A DNA stretch of 32,000 bases from Candidatus Nanopusillus sp. (lineage in GTDB: Archaea; Nanobdellota; Nanobdellia; Nanobdellales; Nanobdellaceae), in assembly GCA_028275775.1 (NCBI GenBank), contig JAPWTZ010000002.1, positions 1-32,000 of the forward strand. Reading direction: 5' to 3'. Positions 14,877 through 23,940 of this stretch are shown in pieces. The translations under genes and the position numbers were made by a program. The notes below the pieces were generated by a model. The model did not search any database. It saw only the letters and a list, made by a program, of their open reading frames with translations, and was not told where the DNA came from. Each line of letters starts with the position of its first letter. Position 1 is the first letter of the stretch.

Positions 14877-16082
14877 ATGATATATACATTTTTTAATCTA
14901 ATGTTAATATTACTTATTGGTATTTTTGCAGGTATTATAGGTTCTATAACAGGTCTGGGCGGTGGAGCGATTATTTCTCCAATTTTAACAATATTCCTAA
15001 ATTATCCATTATATTTAACAATTGGTATATCTTTATTATCTACTATTTCTACATCTTTATCTTCATCTTTAACATATATAAAGAAAAAGATTGCTAATGA
15101 TAATATAGCAGTTAGCTTATTAACAGCTACAACCTTTGGTGCTATATTTGGATTTCTTTTAAATAACTATTTATATACTCATAATCTATTTTTTATTGTA
15201 TATATAATATTTGGGGTTGTATTATTATTATCTTCAATATTTTTGATAATAAAGAATTTAAAAGAGAAATATTATCCATCAAAGCCTGATGAATCTACAT
15301 ATTTCTTTAATTTATTTGGAAAATATGAAGAAAAAGGAAAGACAATATATTATGATGGAGTAAGATGGATTTATGGATGGATTGTTATGTTATTTGCAGG
15401 TTTTGTTTCTGGTTTATTAGGAATTGGTTCAGGGATATTAAAAGTTTTGGGAATGGATTTAATAATGAATTTGCCAATAAAAGTAAGTACTACTACTAGT
15501 AATTTTATGATAGGAGTAACTGCTGATACATCTTCAATTTTATATTTCAAAGCTGGTTATATAGACTTTATTTTATTGCCTTTCATTACTTTAGGGGTTT
15601 TAATTGGTTCGAGGATCGGAACTAGATTATTAATGAAATTAAAGGATAATATAATAAGATTCATTTTTATAATATTTATATCATATTTAGGTGCAAGATT
15701 ATTATTAGAAGGTTTGAATATCAATAATATAATTTATTCATTATTAATTGCTTTTTTAGTCTCTTTAATTTCACTTATATTATTAAAAAAGGTAAAATTT
15801 AAAGAAAAAGAAGAAGAAAAATTAAATTTTGAAAAATATATTAAAGAAGATGATATTTTTATTAATAAAATGTATAAAATTCAAAAAGTTGCAGTTATTA
15901 TATTATTTATTCTAAATATTATGGCTATAATATATTATTTATTAATGAAGAATATCTTATTATCATATATTTATTATTTTATTTTGATTTCTGTACCATT
16001 TATAGAAGTTCTAATGGAACTAAAGAAATATCTTAATGAAAAGAATATATTATATAGCATTATCGACAATAATTATAGTTAA
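14877..16082 (+). CDS. TauE/SafE (DUF81) family anion exporter with extra C-terminal 3-TM module
   Basis: 'GLGGGAIISPIL' and the second-half 'GIGSGILKVLGM' motifs sit in a two-repeat polytopic protein. About 115 additional C-terminal residues add further TM helices. Confidence 0.75.
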   Translation: MIYTFFNLMLILLIGIFAGIIGSITGLGGGAIISPILTIFLNYPLYLTIGISLLSTISTSLSSSLTYIKKKIANDNIAVSLLTATTFGAIFGFLLNNYLYTHNLFFIVYIIFGVVLLLSSIFLIIKNLKEKYYPSKPDESTYFFNLFGKYEEKGKTIYYDGVRWIYGWIVMLFAGFVSGLLGIGSGILKVLGMDLIMNLPIKVSTTTSNFMIGVTADTSSILYFKAGYIDFILLPFITLGVLIGSRIGTRLLMKLKDNIIRFIFIIFISYLGARLLLEGLNINNIIYSLLIAFLVSLISLILLKKVKFKEKEEEKLNFEKYIKEDDIFINKMYKIQKVAVIILFILNIMAIIYYLLMKNILLSYIYYFILISVPFIEVLMELKKYLNEKNILYSIIDNNYS

Positions 16083-16153
16083 TTTAACAATAGGTATGTT
16101 TGTATTACCATTCTTAATTTTATAAATTATTATCCTTTAATAATGAAAAAATT

Positions 16154-16801
16154 TTATAAAAAGTCAAGTATATTTTTTTGATTTCTCTTCTTTATTCTTT
16201 TAACTGTCATCCATGATTCTCTTACATAATCTTTTATTTTATCATAATCTTTTTTTAATACCTCTATTGTTTTTTCATCAGATGGATATCCAGAACCAAT
16301 ATCTAAATTTAATTTCTCTTTTATTTTATCTATTTCTTTATCTCTAATAACTTTTGCAATAATTGAAGCTGCAGATACTACAGGATATTTTTTATCTGCC
16401 TTATTTTCTGCAATTATTTCGACATTTATTTTTAAATTATTTTTTATATATTCTACTACCTTTTTTGTATTAACCATTGGAGAATCAATTATTACTTTAT
16501 CTGGTTTTATTTCTTCAATTATCTTTATCATATTTTCAAATTCCAAATAATTTAATCTATTTCTATATACATAATAATCTATTGTTTTTGGATCTATTAT
16601 TATATATTTATATTTATCTGTTAATTTTATTATTTCATTGTATATTTCTTCTCTTTGTTTTCTCGTTAATTCTTTAGAATCTCTAACACCCAAAGATTTT
16701 AATAATTCAATTTTTTCTTCTTCAATACAATATCCAGCAATTACCATTGGCCCAATTACAGGCCCTCTTCCAGCTTCATCAATTCCTAATATTAATTTCA
16801 T
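16154..16801 (-). CDS. rnhB: ribonuclease HII
   Basis: 'LILGIDEAGRGPVIGPMVIAGY', 'GVRDSKELT' and 'AASIIAKVIRDKEI'. There is a 4-nt overlap with cbf5. Confidence 0.9.
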   Translation of the reverse strand: MKLILGIDEAGRGPVIGPMVIAGYCIEEEKIELLKSLGVRDSKELTRKQREEIYNEIIKLTDKYKYIIIDPKTIDYYVYRNRLNYLEFENMIKIIEEIKPDKVIIDSPMVNTKKVVEYIKNNLKINVEIIAENKADKKYPVVSAASIIAKVIRDKEIDKIKEKLNLDIGSGYPSDEKTIEVLKKDYDKIKDYVRESWMTVKRIKKRNQKNILDFL

Positions 16802-17817
16802 TGTACACTAGATTTTTTCCACACTCTTGGATATATACCTCTTTTCATAATAACTCTATCAATATCAACCGCAATGCCTTTTTCAGAATTTAAAATTTTT
16901 TCAGAATCCATTAATGCAGTTCCATATGCAACCAATTCTCCTTTTAATGTAAATATCGTTACTAAATCTCCTTCTTTTATATTTGAATATAATTTTGATA
17001 TTCCCTTTACTGTCAAATTTGCTCCATGTGCAATTGCATCTACTGCTGTATCTAATATCCAAATTTTCTTTGTATGTTCTGCTGCAACTTCTGCTGGTAG
17101 AAAAACCCTTCTTATATATTTTTCATTATTCTCATTTCTCCAAAACCATATTGAATCAACTATATCTTGTAAGGTAGATAAAGGATATTTTTCGGAATCT
17201 TCTTTTAGTTCTCCAACCCTAATTCTTCTTAATTGTTGCATGTGTGCTTTTGTTCCTAAAGCTTTTCCTATATCATCTATTAATTTTCTTATATATACTC
17301 CAGCTTCTGTTGCAATTTGTAATAACCAATCTCTTCCATCAACTTCCAATACTTTTATACAATAAACATTCTTTTCTCTAGGAACTTTTTTTACTGCAGA
17401 TTTTAATGGGGGTTTTTGAATAATCTTTCCTTGGAATTTATTTAATACTTCATATACTTTATTTTCGTCAACATCACTATGTATATGCATCCATGCTATA
17501 TATTCTTTTCCAGCAGTTAACAATAATTTTAATACTTTTGTTCCCCTTCCAATTCCTATTGGTAATACTCCAGTTACTTTTGGATCTAATGTACCTGCAT
17601 GCCCAGCTTTTTTATTTAAAATATTCTTTATCCATCCAGAAACCTGATGCGATGTAGGACCTTTTGGTTTATCTAAATTAATAATTGAGAAATCTAGCAA
17701 TTCATTTATTGGTCTTTTCCATGGATCATAACCATATTTTTCATTTGTTTCTTCTTCTCTTTTAACAAGGATCTCATATTTTTCATTTTCATATGGTAAT
17801 TTACAATATTCTACCAT
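16798..17817 (-). CDS. cbf5: H/ACA RNP pseudouridine synthase Cbf5 (TruB family with PUA domain)
   Basis: 'INLDKPKGPTSHQV', 'GHAGTLDPKVTGVLPIGIGRGTK' and the C-terminal PUA 'GDLVTIFTLKGELVAYGTALM'. Confidence 0.92.
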   Translation of the reverse strand: MVEYCKLPYENEKYEILVKREEETNEKYGYDPWKRPINELLDFSIINLDKPKGPTSHQVSGWIKNILNKKAGHAGTLDPKVTGVLPIGIGRGTKVLKLLLTAGKEYIAWMHIHSDVDENKVYEVLNKFQGKIIQKPPLKSAVKKVPREKNVYCIKVLEVDGRDWLLQIATEAGVYIRKLIDDIGKALGTKAHMQQLRRIRVGELKEDSEKYPLSTLQDIVDSIWFWRNENNEKYIRRVFLPAEVAAEHTKKIWILDTAVDAIAHGANLTVKGISKLYSNIKEGDLVTIFTLKGELVAYGTALMDSEKILNSEKGIAVDIDRVIMKRGIYPRVWKKSSVQ

Positions 17818-17939
17818 AAAATTTTGATAATAAAAATTCCTATATGTGCAACTTTGAAATTTTAAGTATTTATTAATAAATTTTTCTACTATTATTAATA
17901 GGTTATTATAATATACAAGCTTATTGAAGAAATAAAAAA

Positions 17940-18503
17940 CTATTGAGAAGGTTGATTAACTTCTTGTACAGTTGATTCTTTATTTTCTTCTTTATTTATA
18001 TTTTGACCAAATAATTTTTCTTTATTTATATTTGAATAATGATTATAATTTATTTTATCTTCTTCATCAACTTTAACTAAATAACCTGGGGAAGATATTA
18101 CTTTATCTCCTATAACAATATGCCTATGTACAATTAATTGTCTTGCCTGTTTTATTGTTTTTGCTAAACCCTTTCTAAATACAATTGTTTGTAATCTTCT
18201 TTCTAATATTTCTCTTACTGTTATATTTAAAGCTTCACTTATATCAGAATTTTTATTTAATAATCCTAATTTAACTAATCTATTCTTCAATTTTTCTTCT
18301 TCTTTTGATACGTCTACTCCAGCAGCCTTTTTAGCATTTAAATATCTAACATAGAATCTTATTCTTCTAGCAATTGTAGAAGCTTTCCATATTTCTCTTT
18401 TATTTTTTAATCCATATTGTTTTAATAATTGCCTTTCCTCTTCTATTCTATCCTTCTGCCATGGATGTCCAGGACTTTCCCAGGTTTTTCTATTTCTCCA
18501 CAT
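17940..18503 (-). CDS. rps4: 30S ribosomal protein uS4 (S4/S9e)
   Basis: 'WESPGHPWQKDRIEEERQLLKQYGLKNKREIWK' and the S4 domain 'RRLQTIVFRKGLAKTIKQARQLIVHRHIVIGDKVISSPGYLV'. Confidence 0.92.
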   Translation of the reverse strand: MWRNRKTWESPGHPWQKDRIEEERQLLKQYGLKNKREIWKASTIARRIRFYVRYLNAKKAAGVDVSKEEEKLKNRLVKLGLLNKNSDISEALNITVREILERRLQTIVFRKGLAKTIKQARQLIVHRHIVIGDKVISSPGYLVKVDEEDKINYNHYSNINKEKLFGQNINKEENKESTVQEVNQPSQ

Positions 18504-18504
18504 T

Positions 18505-19017
18505 TTATTCTTTATTTTCAGATTTTTGTTGAGCCCTTAATTCTTTACTCTTTATTACACCAACAGTAGCTCCTTTTCTATGATGTGATCTAGTCTTTTG
18601 TCCTCTAACAGGTAATTTATATTGATGTCTATTTCCTTTCCATGTTTTTAGTTCAATTTCTCTTTTTATATCCATTTTTACTTGAATTTCCCAATCAGGT
18701 CCTACTAAATGTTTATCTTGGCCATCTCTTGGATCTTTTCTTCTATTTAACATCCATGAAGGTATACCATAATTTTGTGGTCTTTTTAAACAATCTTCCA
18801 ATTTTTCCAATTCTTCATCTGTTAAAGATCCTAAAGCCTGCCATTTATTTATCTTTAATACATTACATATAGCATTGGCAAATCTCCAATTTACTCCAGG
18901 TATTTTTCTTAATTCTACAATTATTGGTTTATGTCCATTTAATTCTATTCCTGCAATACGTATAACATCTTTTAATGTACTTCCTTCAGGTATTATTACT
19001 TTAAGTGCACCAGGCAT
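18505..19017 (-). CDS. rps13: 30S ribosomal protein uS13
   Basis: 'VIRIAGIELNGHKPIIVELRKIPGVNWRFANAIC' and 'WKGNRHQYKLPVRGQKTRSHHRKG'. I place the start at Met17 (MPGALK, 19017). The longer ORF would overlap herA. Confidence 0.92.
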   Translation of the reverse strand: MPGALKVIIPEGSTLKDVIRIAGIELNGHKPIIVELRKIPGVNWRFANAICNVLKINKWQALGSLTDEELEKLEDCLKRPQNYGIPSWMLNRRKDPRDGQDKHLVGPDWEIQVKMDIKREIELKTWKGNRHQYKLPVRGQKTRSHHRKGATVGVIKSKELRAQQKSENKE

Positions 19018-19067
19018 TAAAATATTTAGATAAAAAATGTTTAAAAGTATATTATAAATATACATCT

Positions 19068-20705
19068 ATGAAAGTTGGTTATGTTATAAAAGAAGCAACA
19101 TCTGAATATTTTTATTTTGTTGTTGATCCAAAGGAAAGGTATTCAGTAGGTATTGGGAGTATAGTTAAAGTAAAAATTGGTGATTTCTTTTATTTTGGAA
19201 TAATTGAAGATTTAAAATCAGAAGCTATTGAAGAGGAAAGATTGTTTGATTATGAGGCAATAGAATTATTATATGGACAAATGAAAAAATTACAGTATTT
19301 AATAATTGGAAAAGCTATATTTATTGGAGTAATAAAAAATGGAAAAATATTACAAGAAAAACCAAAAACACCACCAGTTCCTGGGGATGAAGTATTTTTA
19401 CCAGAAGAGGAGGAAGTAAGTAAAATATATTCATTTGAAGAAAAGGAGTTATCAATACCTTTAGGAAAAATAAATTTACAAAATAAAGAATTTATTGTAG
19501 ATTTAAATATAAAGAATTTAATTATAAGACATACTGGTATATTTGGAATAACAGGTTCTGGAAAAAGTACAACAGTTGCTCATATAGTAAATGAATTATC
19601 AAAGAAAAATATACCAATATTGTTATTTGATATTCATAGAGATTATATATTATCTTTTGAAAATTCTATAATAATAACATTTAGTAAAAGGGAGAAGGAA
19701 TTTATTGAGAAATTAATAAGTGAAAGAAATAAGAAAAATGTAATAGTATATAATGCAAAATTACCATTAAAATATATAAAAGATTATATGGAAAGTTTCT
19801 TGGGAATATCAGGAAAACAAGCTCCCCATGTATATTCTTTATTATATAGAATTTTATCATTAGAAGAGGGAAAAGCACCGAAATTTATGGATAAATTATT
19901 AGAAATGGTAAATAAAAGGGATCCTCCTCAGGTATTTGAAAAATATAAAAATAGAGAAGATGTAATAAGATCATTGCAATCAAGATTGTTAAGGATAAAG
20001 GATTGGATGCTATTTCCAAGAAATGTAGATGATATGGGTGAAAATGTAGATGAATTATTTAATAAATTATTAGAAGATATCAGAAACTTTAGTATTTCAG
20101 ATTATAATATAATTAAAGAAGAAAATGGGGAAGTATATTTAGAAGAATCTAGTAAATTTATTCCAAGGGTAATTATATTTGATTTATATCCATTATCAAT
20201 AGAAGAACAGAGAATATTAATAGATATATTATTAGAAATTGCTTATGAAAAATATAAATCTTGGAAATTTAATAATAAAACAGATATTTTGGGAATTGTA
20301 ATTGAAGAAGCACATAGATTTGCATCAAAAAATAGTGAAGTTTCTTCAAAAATATCTCTAATTGCAAGGGAGGGAAGAAAATTTGGTTTAGGATTAATTT
20401 TGGTATCTCAAGTACCTTCTAGTATTATTGAAGATATTACATCTCAATTAAATACATTTATTTTATTAAAGATAATTAATCCAAAAGATTTAGAATTTAT
20501 AAGAAAAACATGTCCATATTTATCTAGAGAATATTTTGAAGCGTTAACAAAATTAGAAACTGGTTCATGTCTAGCAGTTGGATTGGCATTAAAAAATCCT
20601 GCAATATTAAAAGTAATAAAATCTGTAGAAGTTGGTGGAACAGAGGAGGATATAGATAATATAATAAGAGAGAGAATATTATATGGAAGTAAAACTAATT
20701 CTTAA
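19068..20705 (+). CDS. herA: HerA-type (FtsK/HerA superfamily) hexameric helicase/translocase ATPase
   Basis: The N-terminal HAS-barrel-like region is 'GYVIKEATSEYFYFVVDPKERYSVGIGSIVKVKIGDFFYFGIIEDL'. Walker A is 'GIFGITGSGKSTTVAHI', Walker B is 'LGIVIEEAHRF', and 'REGRKFGLGLILVSQVPS' follows. I place the start at ATG 19068. Confidence 0.8.
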   Translation: MKVGYVIKEATSEYFYFVVDPKERYSVGIGSIVKVKIGDFFYFGIIEDLKSEAIEEERLFDYEAIELLYGQMKKLQYLIIGKAIFIGVIKNGKILQEKPKTPPVPGDEVFLPEEEEVSKIYSFEEKELSIPLGKINLQNKEFIVDLNIKNLIIRHTGIFGITGSGKSTTVAHIVNELSKKNIPILLFDIHRDYILSFENSIIITFSKREKEFIEKLISERNKKNVIVYNAKLPLKYIKDYMESFLGISGKQAPHVYSLLYRILSLEEGKAPKFMDKLLEMVNKRDPPQVFEKYKNREDVIRSLQSRLLRIKDWMLFPRNVDDMGENVDELFNKLLEDIRNFSISDYNIIKEENGEVYLEESSKFIPRVIIFDLYPLSIEEQRILIDILLEIAYEKYKSWKFNNKTDILGIVIEEAHRFASKNSEVSSKISLIAREGRKFGLGLILVSQVPSSIIEDITSQLNTFILLKIINPKDLEFIRKTCPYLSREYFEALTKLETGSCLAVGLALKNPAILKVIKSVEVGGTEEDIDNIIRERILYGSKTNS

Positions 20706-20991
20706 TGGAATAGGAAATAATTTTTTATTTTCTGAACAAGATATATATAAATTTTTTGATTATCTAATTGATAAATATAAATTGGTAATAAATAATAAAA
20801 AAATAATAATATCTGATAAAGAGAAATTTTCTTCTTTTTTATTTGATACAAATAAATTCACTATTGCATTAAATTATTGGGAAAGAATTGATTATTGTTT
20901 TATATATATTTCTTCAGATAATTTTGATCTATCAAATTTAGTTCATGATTTATTAGAATATTTAAAACCCAAATATTTTAAAATTGTATAA
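20683..20991 (+). CDS. hypothetical protein (102 aa) translationally coupled to herA
   Basis: The ORF overlaps the herA 3' end by 23 nt. It is not NurA-like in size or motifs. It shows only a weak pattern-level resemblance to small AdoMetDC (SpeH)-fold proteins and lacks the Glu-Ser self-cleavage site. Confidence 0.4.
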   Translation: MEVKLILNGIGNNFLFSEQDIYKFFDYLIDKYKLVINNKKIIISDKEKFSSFLFDTNKFTIALNYWERIDYCFIYISSDNFDLSNLVHDLLEYLKPKYFKIV

Positions 20992-21010
20992 AGATCAAAA
21001 TTATTTATAT

Positions 21011-21094
21011 GCCGCGGTGCCCGAGTGGTCCAAGGGGTATGGCTTGAGACCATATCCCCGAAAGGGGGCGTGGGTTCAAATCCCACCCGCGGCG
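21011..21094 (+). tRNA. tRNA-Ser (anticodon UGA), class II with long variable arm, no encoded CCA
   Basis: Hand-folded. Acceptor GCCGCGG/CCGCGGC with discriminator G. Anticodon stem TATGG/CCATA with loop CTTGAGA (anticodon TGA). Variable arm CCCC-GAAA-GGGG. T-arm GTGGG-TTCAAAT-CCCAC. By my count it is about 67% G+C. Confidence 0.9.
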
Positions 21095-21102
21095 TTTATA
21101 TA
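21095..21102 (+). promoter_or_regulatory. TATA-box-like element (TTTATATA) about 26 nt upstream of the ATG at 21124
   Basis: It lies immediately after the tRNA 3' end, with the same spacing as the other candidate promoters. Confidence 0.35.
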
Positions 21103-21123
21103 AATTTTTTATAAATATAATTA

Positions 21124-21444
21124 ATGGAATTTAATGAATATCAAGAAAGGGCAAAAGAAACTGCAATGTATCCAAATAAATTGGATGGTGGATTTTTCTA
21201 TACTGCATTAGCATTGGCTGGAGAAGTTGGAGAATTATTAAATAAAATAAAGAAAATTGCTAGAGATAATATTCAAATAAAAAGGGAAGAAATTATATCT
21301 GAACTTGGGGATATTCTATGGTATCTTTCAGAGACTGCAAGAAACTTTAATATTTCTTTAGAAGAAGTTGCAGAATATAATTTGAAAAAAATTAGAAGTA
21401 GAAAAGAAAGGGGAACCTTACAAGGTAGTGGAGATAATAGATAG
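21124..21444 (+). CDS. MazG-like all-alpha nucleoside triphosphate pyrophosphohydrolase
   Basis: 'FNEYQERAKETAMYP', 'ALAGEVGELLNKIKK', 'ELGDILWYLSETARNFNISLEEVAEYNLKKIRSR'. These are the typical EXXE/EXXD metal-binding helices. Confidence 0.8.
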   Translation: MEFNEYQERAKETAMYPNKLDGGFFYTALALAGEVGELLNKIKKIARDNIQIKREEIISELGDILWYLSETARNFNISLEEVAEYNLKKIRSRKERGTLQGSGDNR

Positions 21445-21498
21445 AAATAAAGGATTTTTTGTTATTATCTTTTTAAATAATAAAGAGGTTTTTATAGT

Positions 21499-23940
21499 AT
21501 GAATGATAATGTAGATTTATCAAAGGTTCTTCAAGAATTAAATTCAGATTTGAATTATGGTTTAACAAAGGAAGAAGTTGATAAAAGGTTAAAAGAATAT
21601 GGATATAATTTAATTGAAGAAAAGAAAGAAAGTAATTTGATTAAATTTTTGAAAAAATTTATTTCATTTTCTTCAATAATGTTGGAAATTATTATAGTCT
21701 TATATTTTATATTTGGAAGGTATATAGATGCGTCTTTAGTTTTATCTCTATTATTTATTAATGTATTAATATCTTTTATTCATGAAGAAAAGGCAAATAA
21801 AGCATTAGAATTGTTAAAAGAAAAATTACAAATACAAGCAAGAGTATTAAGAGAAGGACAATGGAAATTAATTGAATCAAAATATTTGGTTCCTGGAGAT
21901 ATAATTAGATTAAGAGCTGGAGATATATCCCCTGCAGATTGTATAATTTTTAGTGATGATACATTAGAAATAGATCAATCAATATTAACGGGAGAATCTT
22001 TAACAGTTGAAAAGAAAAAGGGACAGATTGTATATTCAGGATCAATTATAAGAAGAGGAGAAGCAAATTGTATTGTATATAAAACTGGAAAGAATACATA
22101 TTTTGGAAGAACAGTAGAATTAGTATCTACAGCAAGACCAAAATTGCATATTGAAGAAATAACAAATAAAGTTATATTTGCATTATTAATAATTGTGTTA
22201 ATATTTGGAGGATTAACATTACTATTTTCATTTTTATATGTTCATAATTTAGAATTTATACTTTCTACAGTATTGCCTTTAATTATATCTTTATTACTTT
22301 TTGCAATTCCAGTAGCATTACCTGCAATGATAACAGTTACTTTAGCAGTTGGTTCTATGGAATTATCAAAAAAGGGAGCATTAATTACAAGATTATCTGC
22401 AATAGAAGACGCTGCAACAATGACAACATTATGTTCTGATAAAACAGGTACTTTGACATATAATAAATTATCTATAACTGACATAAAAGAATTAAATAAT
22501 TATAAAAAAGAAGATGTAATATTATATGGAACATTAGCATCACAAGAATCAAATAATGACCCAATAGATATGGCATTTATTAATAAAGCAAAAGAAATGA
22601 ATATAAATAAAAATGATTATAAAATATTGGAGTTTAAGCCATTTGATCCTTCTACTAGGAGAACAGAAGCAAAAGTATTATATAAAGATAAAGTATTTTA
22701 TGTATCAAAAGGTGCTGTAAATATTATATTTAATGATTTATGTAAAATAAATATACCTGAAGAAGTATCAAAAATAGTTGATGATTTTGCATCAAGAGGT
22801 TATAGAACCTTGGCAGTTGCAATAAATAATAATAATAAATGGGAACCTGTTGGTCTTGTTGCATTATACGATGTACCAAGAAAAGATACTCCAGAATTAA
22901 TTAAAAAATTAAAAGATCTTGGAATAAAAGTAAAAATGTTAACTGGAGATTCATTACCAATTGCAAAAGAAATTGGAAAAGAAATTGGATTAGATTATAA
23001 TAAAGCAGTATCTGGAAATGAATTAAGAGAATTATTAAAAAGTGATCCTGATAAAGCAAGGAAATTAATTAATGAATCTGAAATATTTGCAGAAATATAT
23101 CCTGAGGATAAATATTATATTGTAAAAAATTTACAAGATAAAAAAGAAATTGTTGGAATGACTGGAGATGGTGTAAATGATTCTCCATCATTAAAACAAG
23201 CGGAAGTTGGTATAGCAGTATATAATGCAACAGATGTTGCAAAATCTGCAGCTTCTGTTGTATTAACAGTAGAAGGTTTAAGAGGTATTGTGGATTTGGT
23301 TACAATTGGGAGATCTGTATATCAAAGAGTTGTTACATGGATATTAACAAAAATAAATAAGACAATAGAAATTGCATTATTTGTTTTATCAGTATTTCTA
23401 TTTACTACGATCATTTATCATAGTCCATTATATATTTTATCATCTACAGATGTATTATTATTTTTCTTTATTATAGATTTTCAAACAATAGCATTATCTG
23501 TAGATAATGAAAGAGGATCTCAATATCCTGAAAAATGGAATATATTAAAATTGGTAAAATATGCAGGTACAATGGGTATATTTACATTTTCTGAAATGGC
23601 TTTGTTATTATATATAGCATTAAATATATTTAAGATAAATAAGGTTAATCTTTTACATTCTTTCTTCTTTATAGCAATAACATATTTTGGTTTATTAATG
23701 CCATATGTATTTAGGGAAAAAGACAGATTTTATAAATCAAAACCTAGTAAATCTTTCTTAATATCTACAATTGCAGGATTGATAATTGCAAGTTTAATTT
23801 CATTATTTGGATTTGGAATAGTTGTTCCAATAAATATTTACTATTATTTATTTATAGTATTTTATAGTTTATTCTTTATATTTTTAGTAAATGATAATAT
23901 AAAGATATTATTAAAAAGGTTTGGAATTGGAAGGGTCTAA
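21499..23940 (+). CDS. P-type ATPase, P3A (plasma-membrane H+-ATPase-like) subfamily
   Basis: 'TGES', 'IPVALPAMITVTLAVGS', 'CSDKTGTLT', 'MLTGDSLPIAKEIG' and 'MTGDGVNDSPSLKQAEVGIAV'. The N-terminus 'GLTKEEVDKRLKEYGYNLIEE' is present. At 813 aa it is similar in size to archaeal P3A pumps. Confidence 0.88.
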   Translation: MNDNVDLSKVLQELNSDLNYGLTKEEVDKRLKEYGYNLIEEKKESNLIKFLKKFISFSSIMLEIIIVLYFIFGRYIDASLVLSLLFINVLISFIHEEKANKALELLKEKLQIQARVLREGQWKLIESKYLVPGDIIRLRAGDISPADCIIFSDDTLEIDQSILTGESLTVEKKKGQIVYSGSIIRRGEANCIVYKTGKNTYFGRTVELVSTARPKLHIEEITNKVIFALLIIVLIFGGLTLLFSFLYVHNLEFILSTVLPLIISLLLFAIPVALPAMITVTLAVGSMELSKKGALITRLSAIEDAATMTTLCSDKTGTLTYNKLSITDIKELNNYKKEDVILYGTLASQESNNDPIDMAFINKAKEMNINKNDYKILEFKPFDPSTRRTEAKVLYKDKVFYVSKGAVNIIFNDLCKINIPEEVSKIVDDFASRGYRTLAVAINNNNKWEPVGLVALYDVPRKDTPELIKKLKDLGIKVKMLTGDSLPIAKEIGKEIGLDYNKAVSGNELRELLKSDPDKARKLINESEIFAEIYPEDKYYIVKNLQDKKEIVGMTGDGVNDSPSLKQAEVGIAVYNATDVAKSAASVVLTVEGLRGIVDLVTIGRSVYQRVVTWILTKINKTIEIALFVLSVFLFTTIIYHSPLYILSSTDVLLFFFIIDFQTIALSVDNERGSQYPEKWNILKLVKYAGTMGIFTFSEMALLLYIALNIFKINKVNLLHSFFFIAITYFGLLMPYVFREKDRFYKSKPSKSFLISTIAGLIIASLISLFGFGIVVPINIYYYLFIVFYSLFFIFLVNDNIKILLKRFGIGRV

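Noticed and set aside
16874-17365. A 163-aa ORF on the plus strand lying entirely inside cbf5. Many similar antisense ORFs occur at 779-1087, 2378-2740, 3776-3967, 4155-4346, 7236-7469, 12259-12462, 13630-13872, 16477-16677, 16983-17177, 18642-18872, 22242-22484, 24113-24412, 24413-24610, 28943-29125, 29197-29424, 30326-30589 and 31162-31446.
   Set aside because: Each is nested antisense to a gene with strong homology motifs. Their translations are low-complexity Phe/Leu/Ile/Ser strings, the mirror image of Lys/Glu/Asn/Ile codons. These are shadow ORFs expected in AT-rich coding DNA, not overlapping genes.
21011-23940. The tRNA-Ser followed by MazG-like and P-type ATPase genes, considered as a tRNA-targeted integrated element.
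   Set aside because: No integrase is present. I found no downstream direct repeat of the GC-rich tRNA 3' end, which would be conspicuous in this AT-rich DNA. Composition does not shift.
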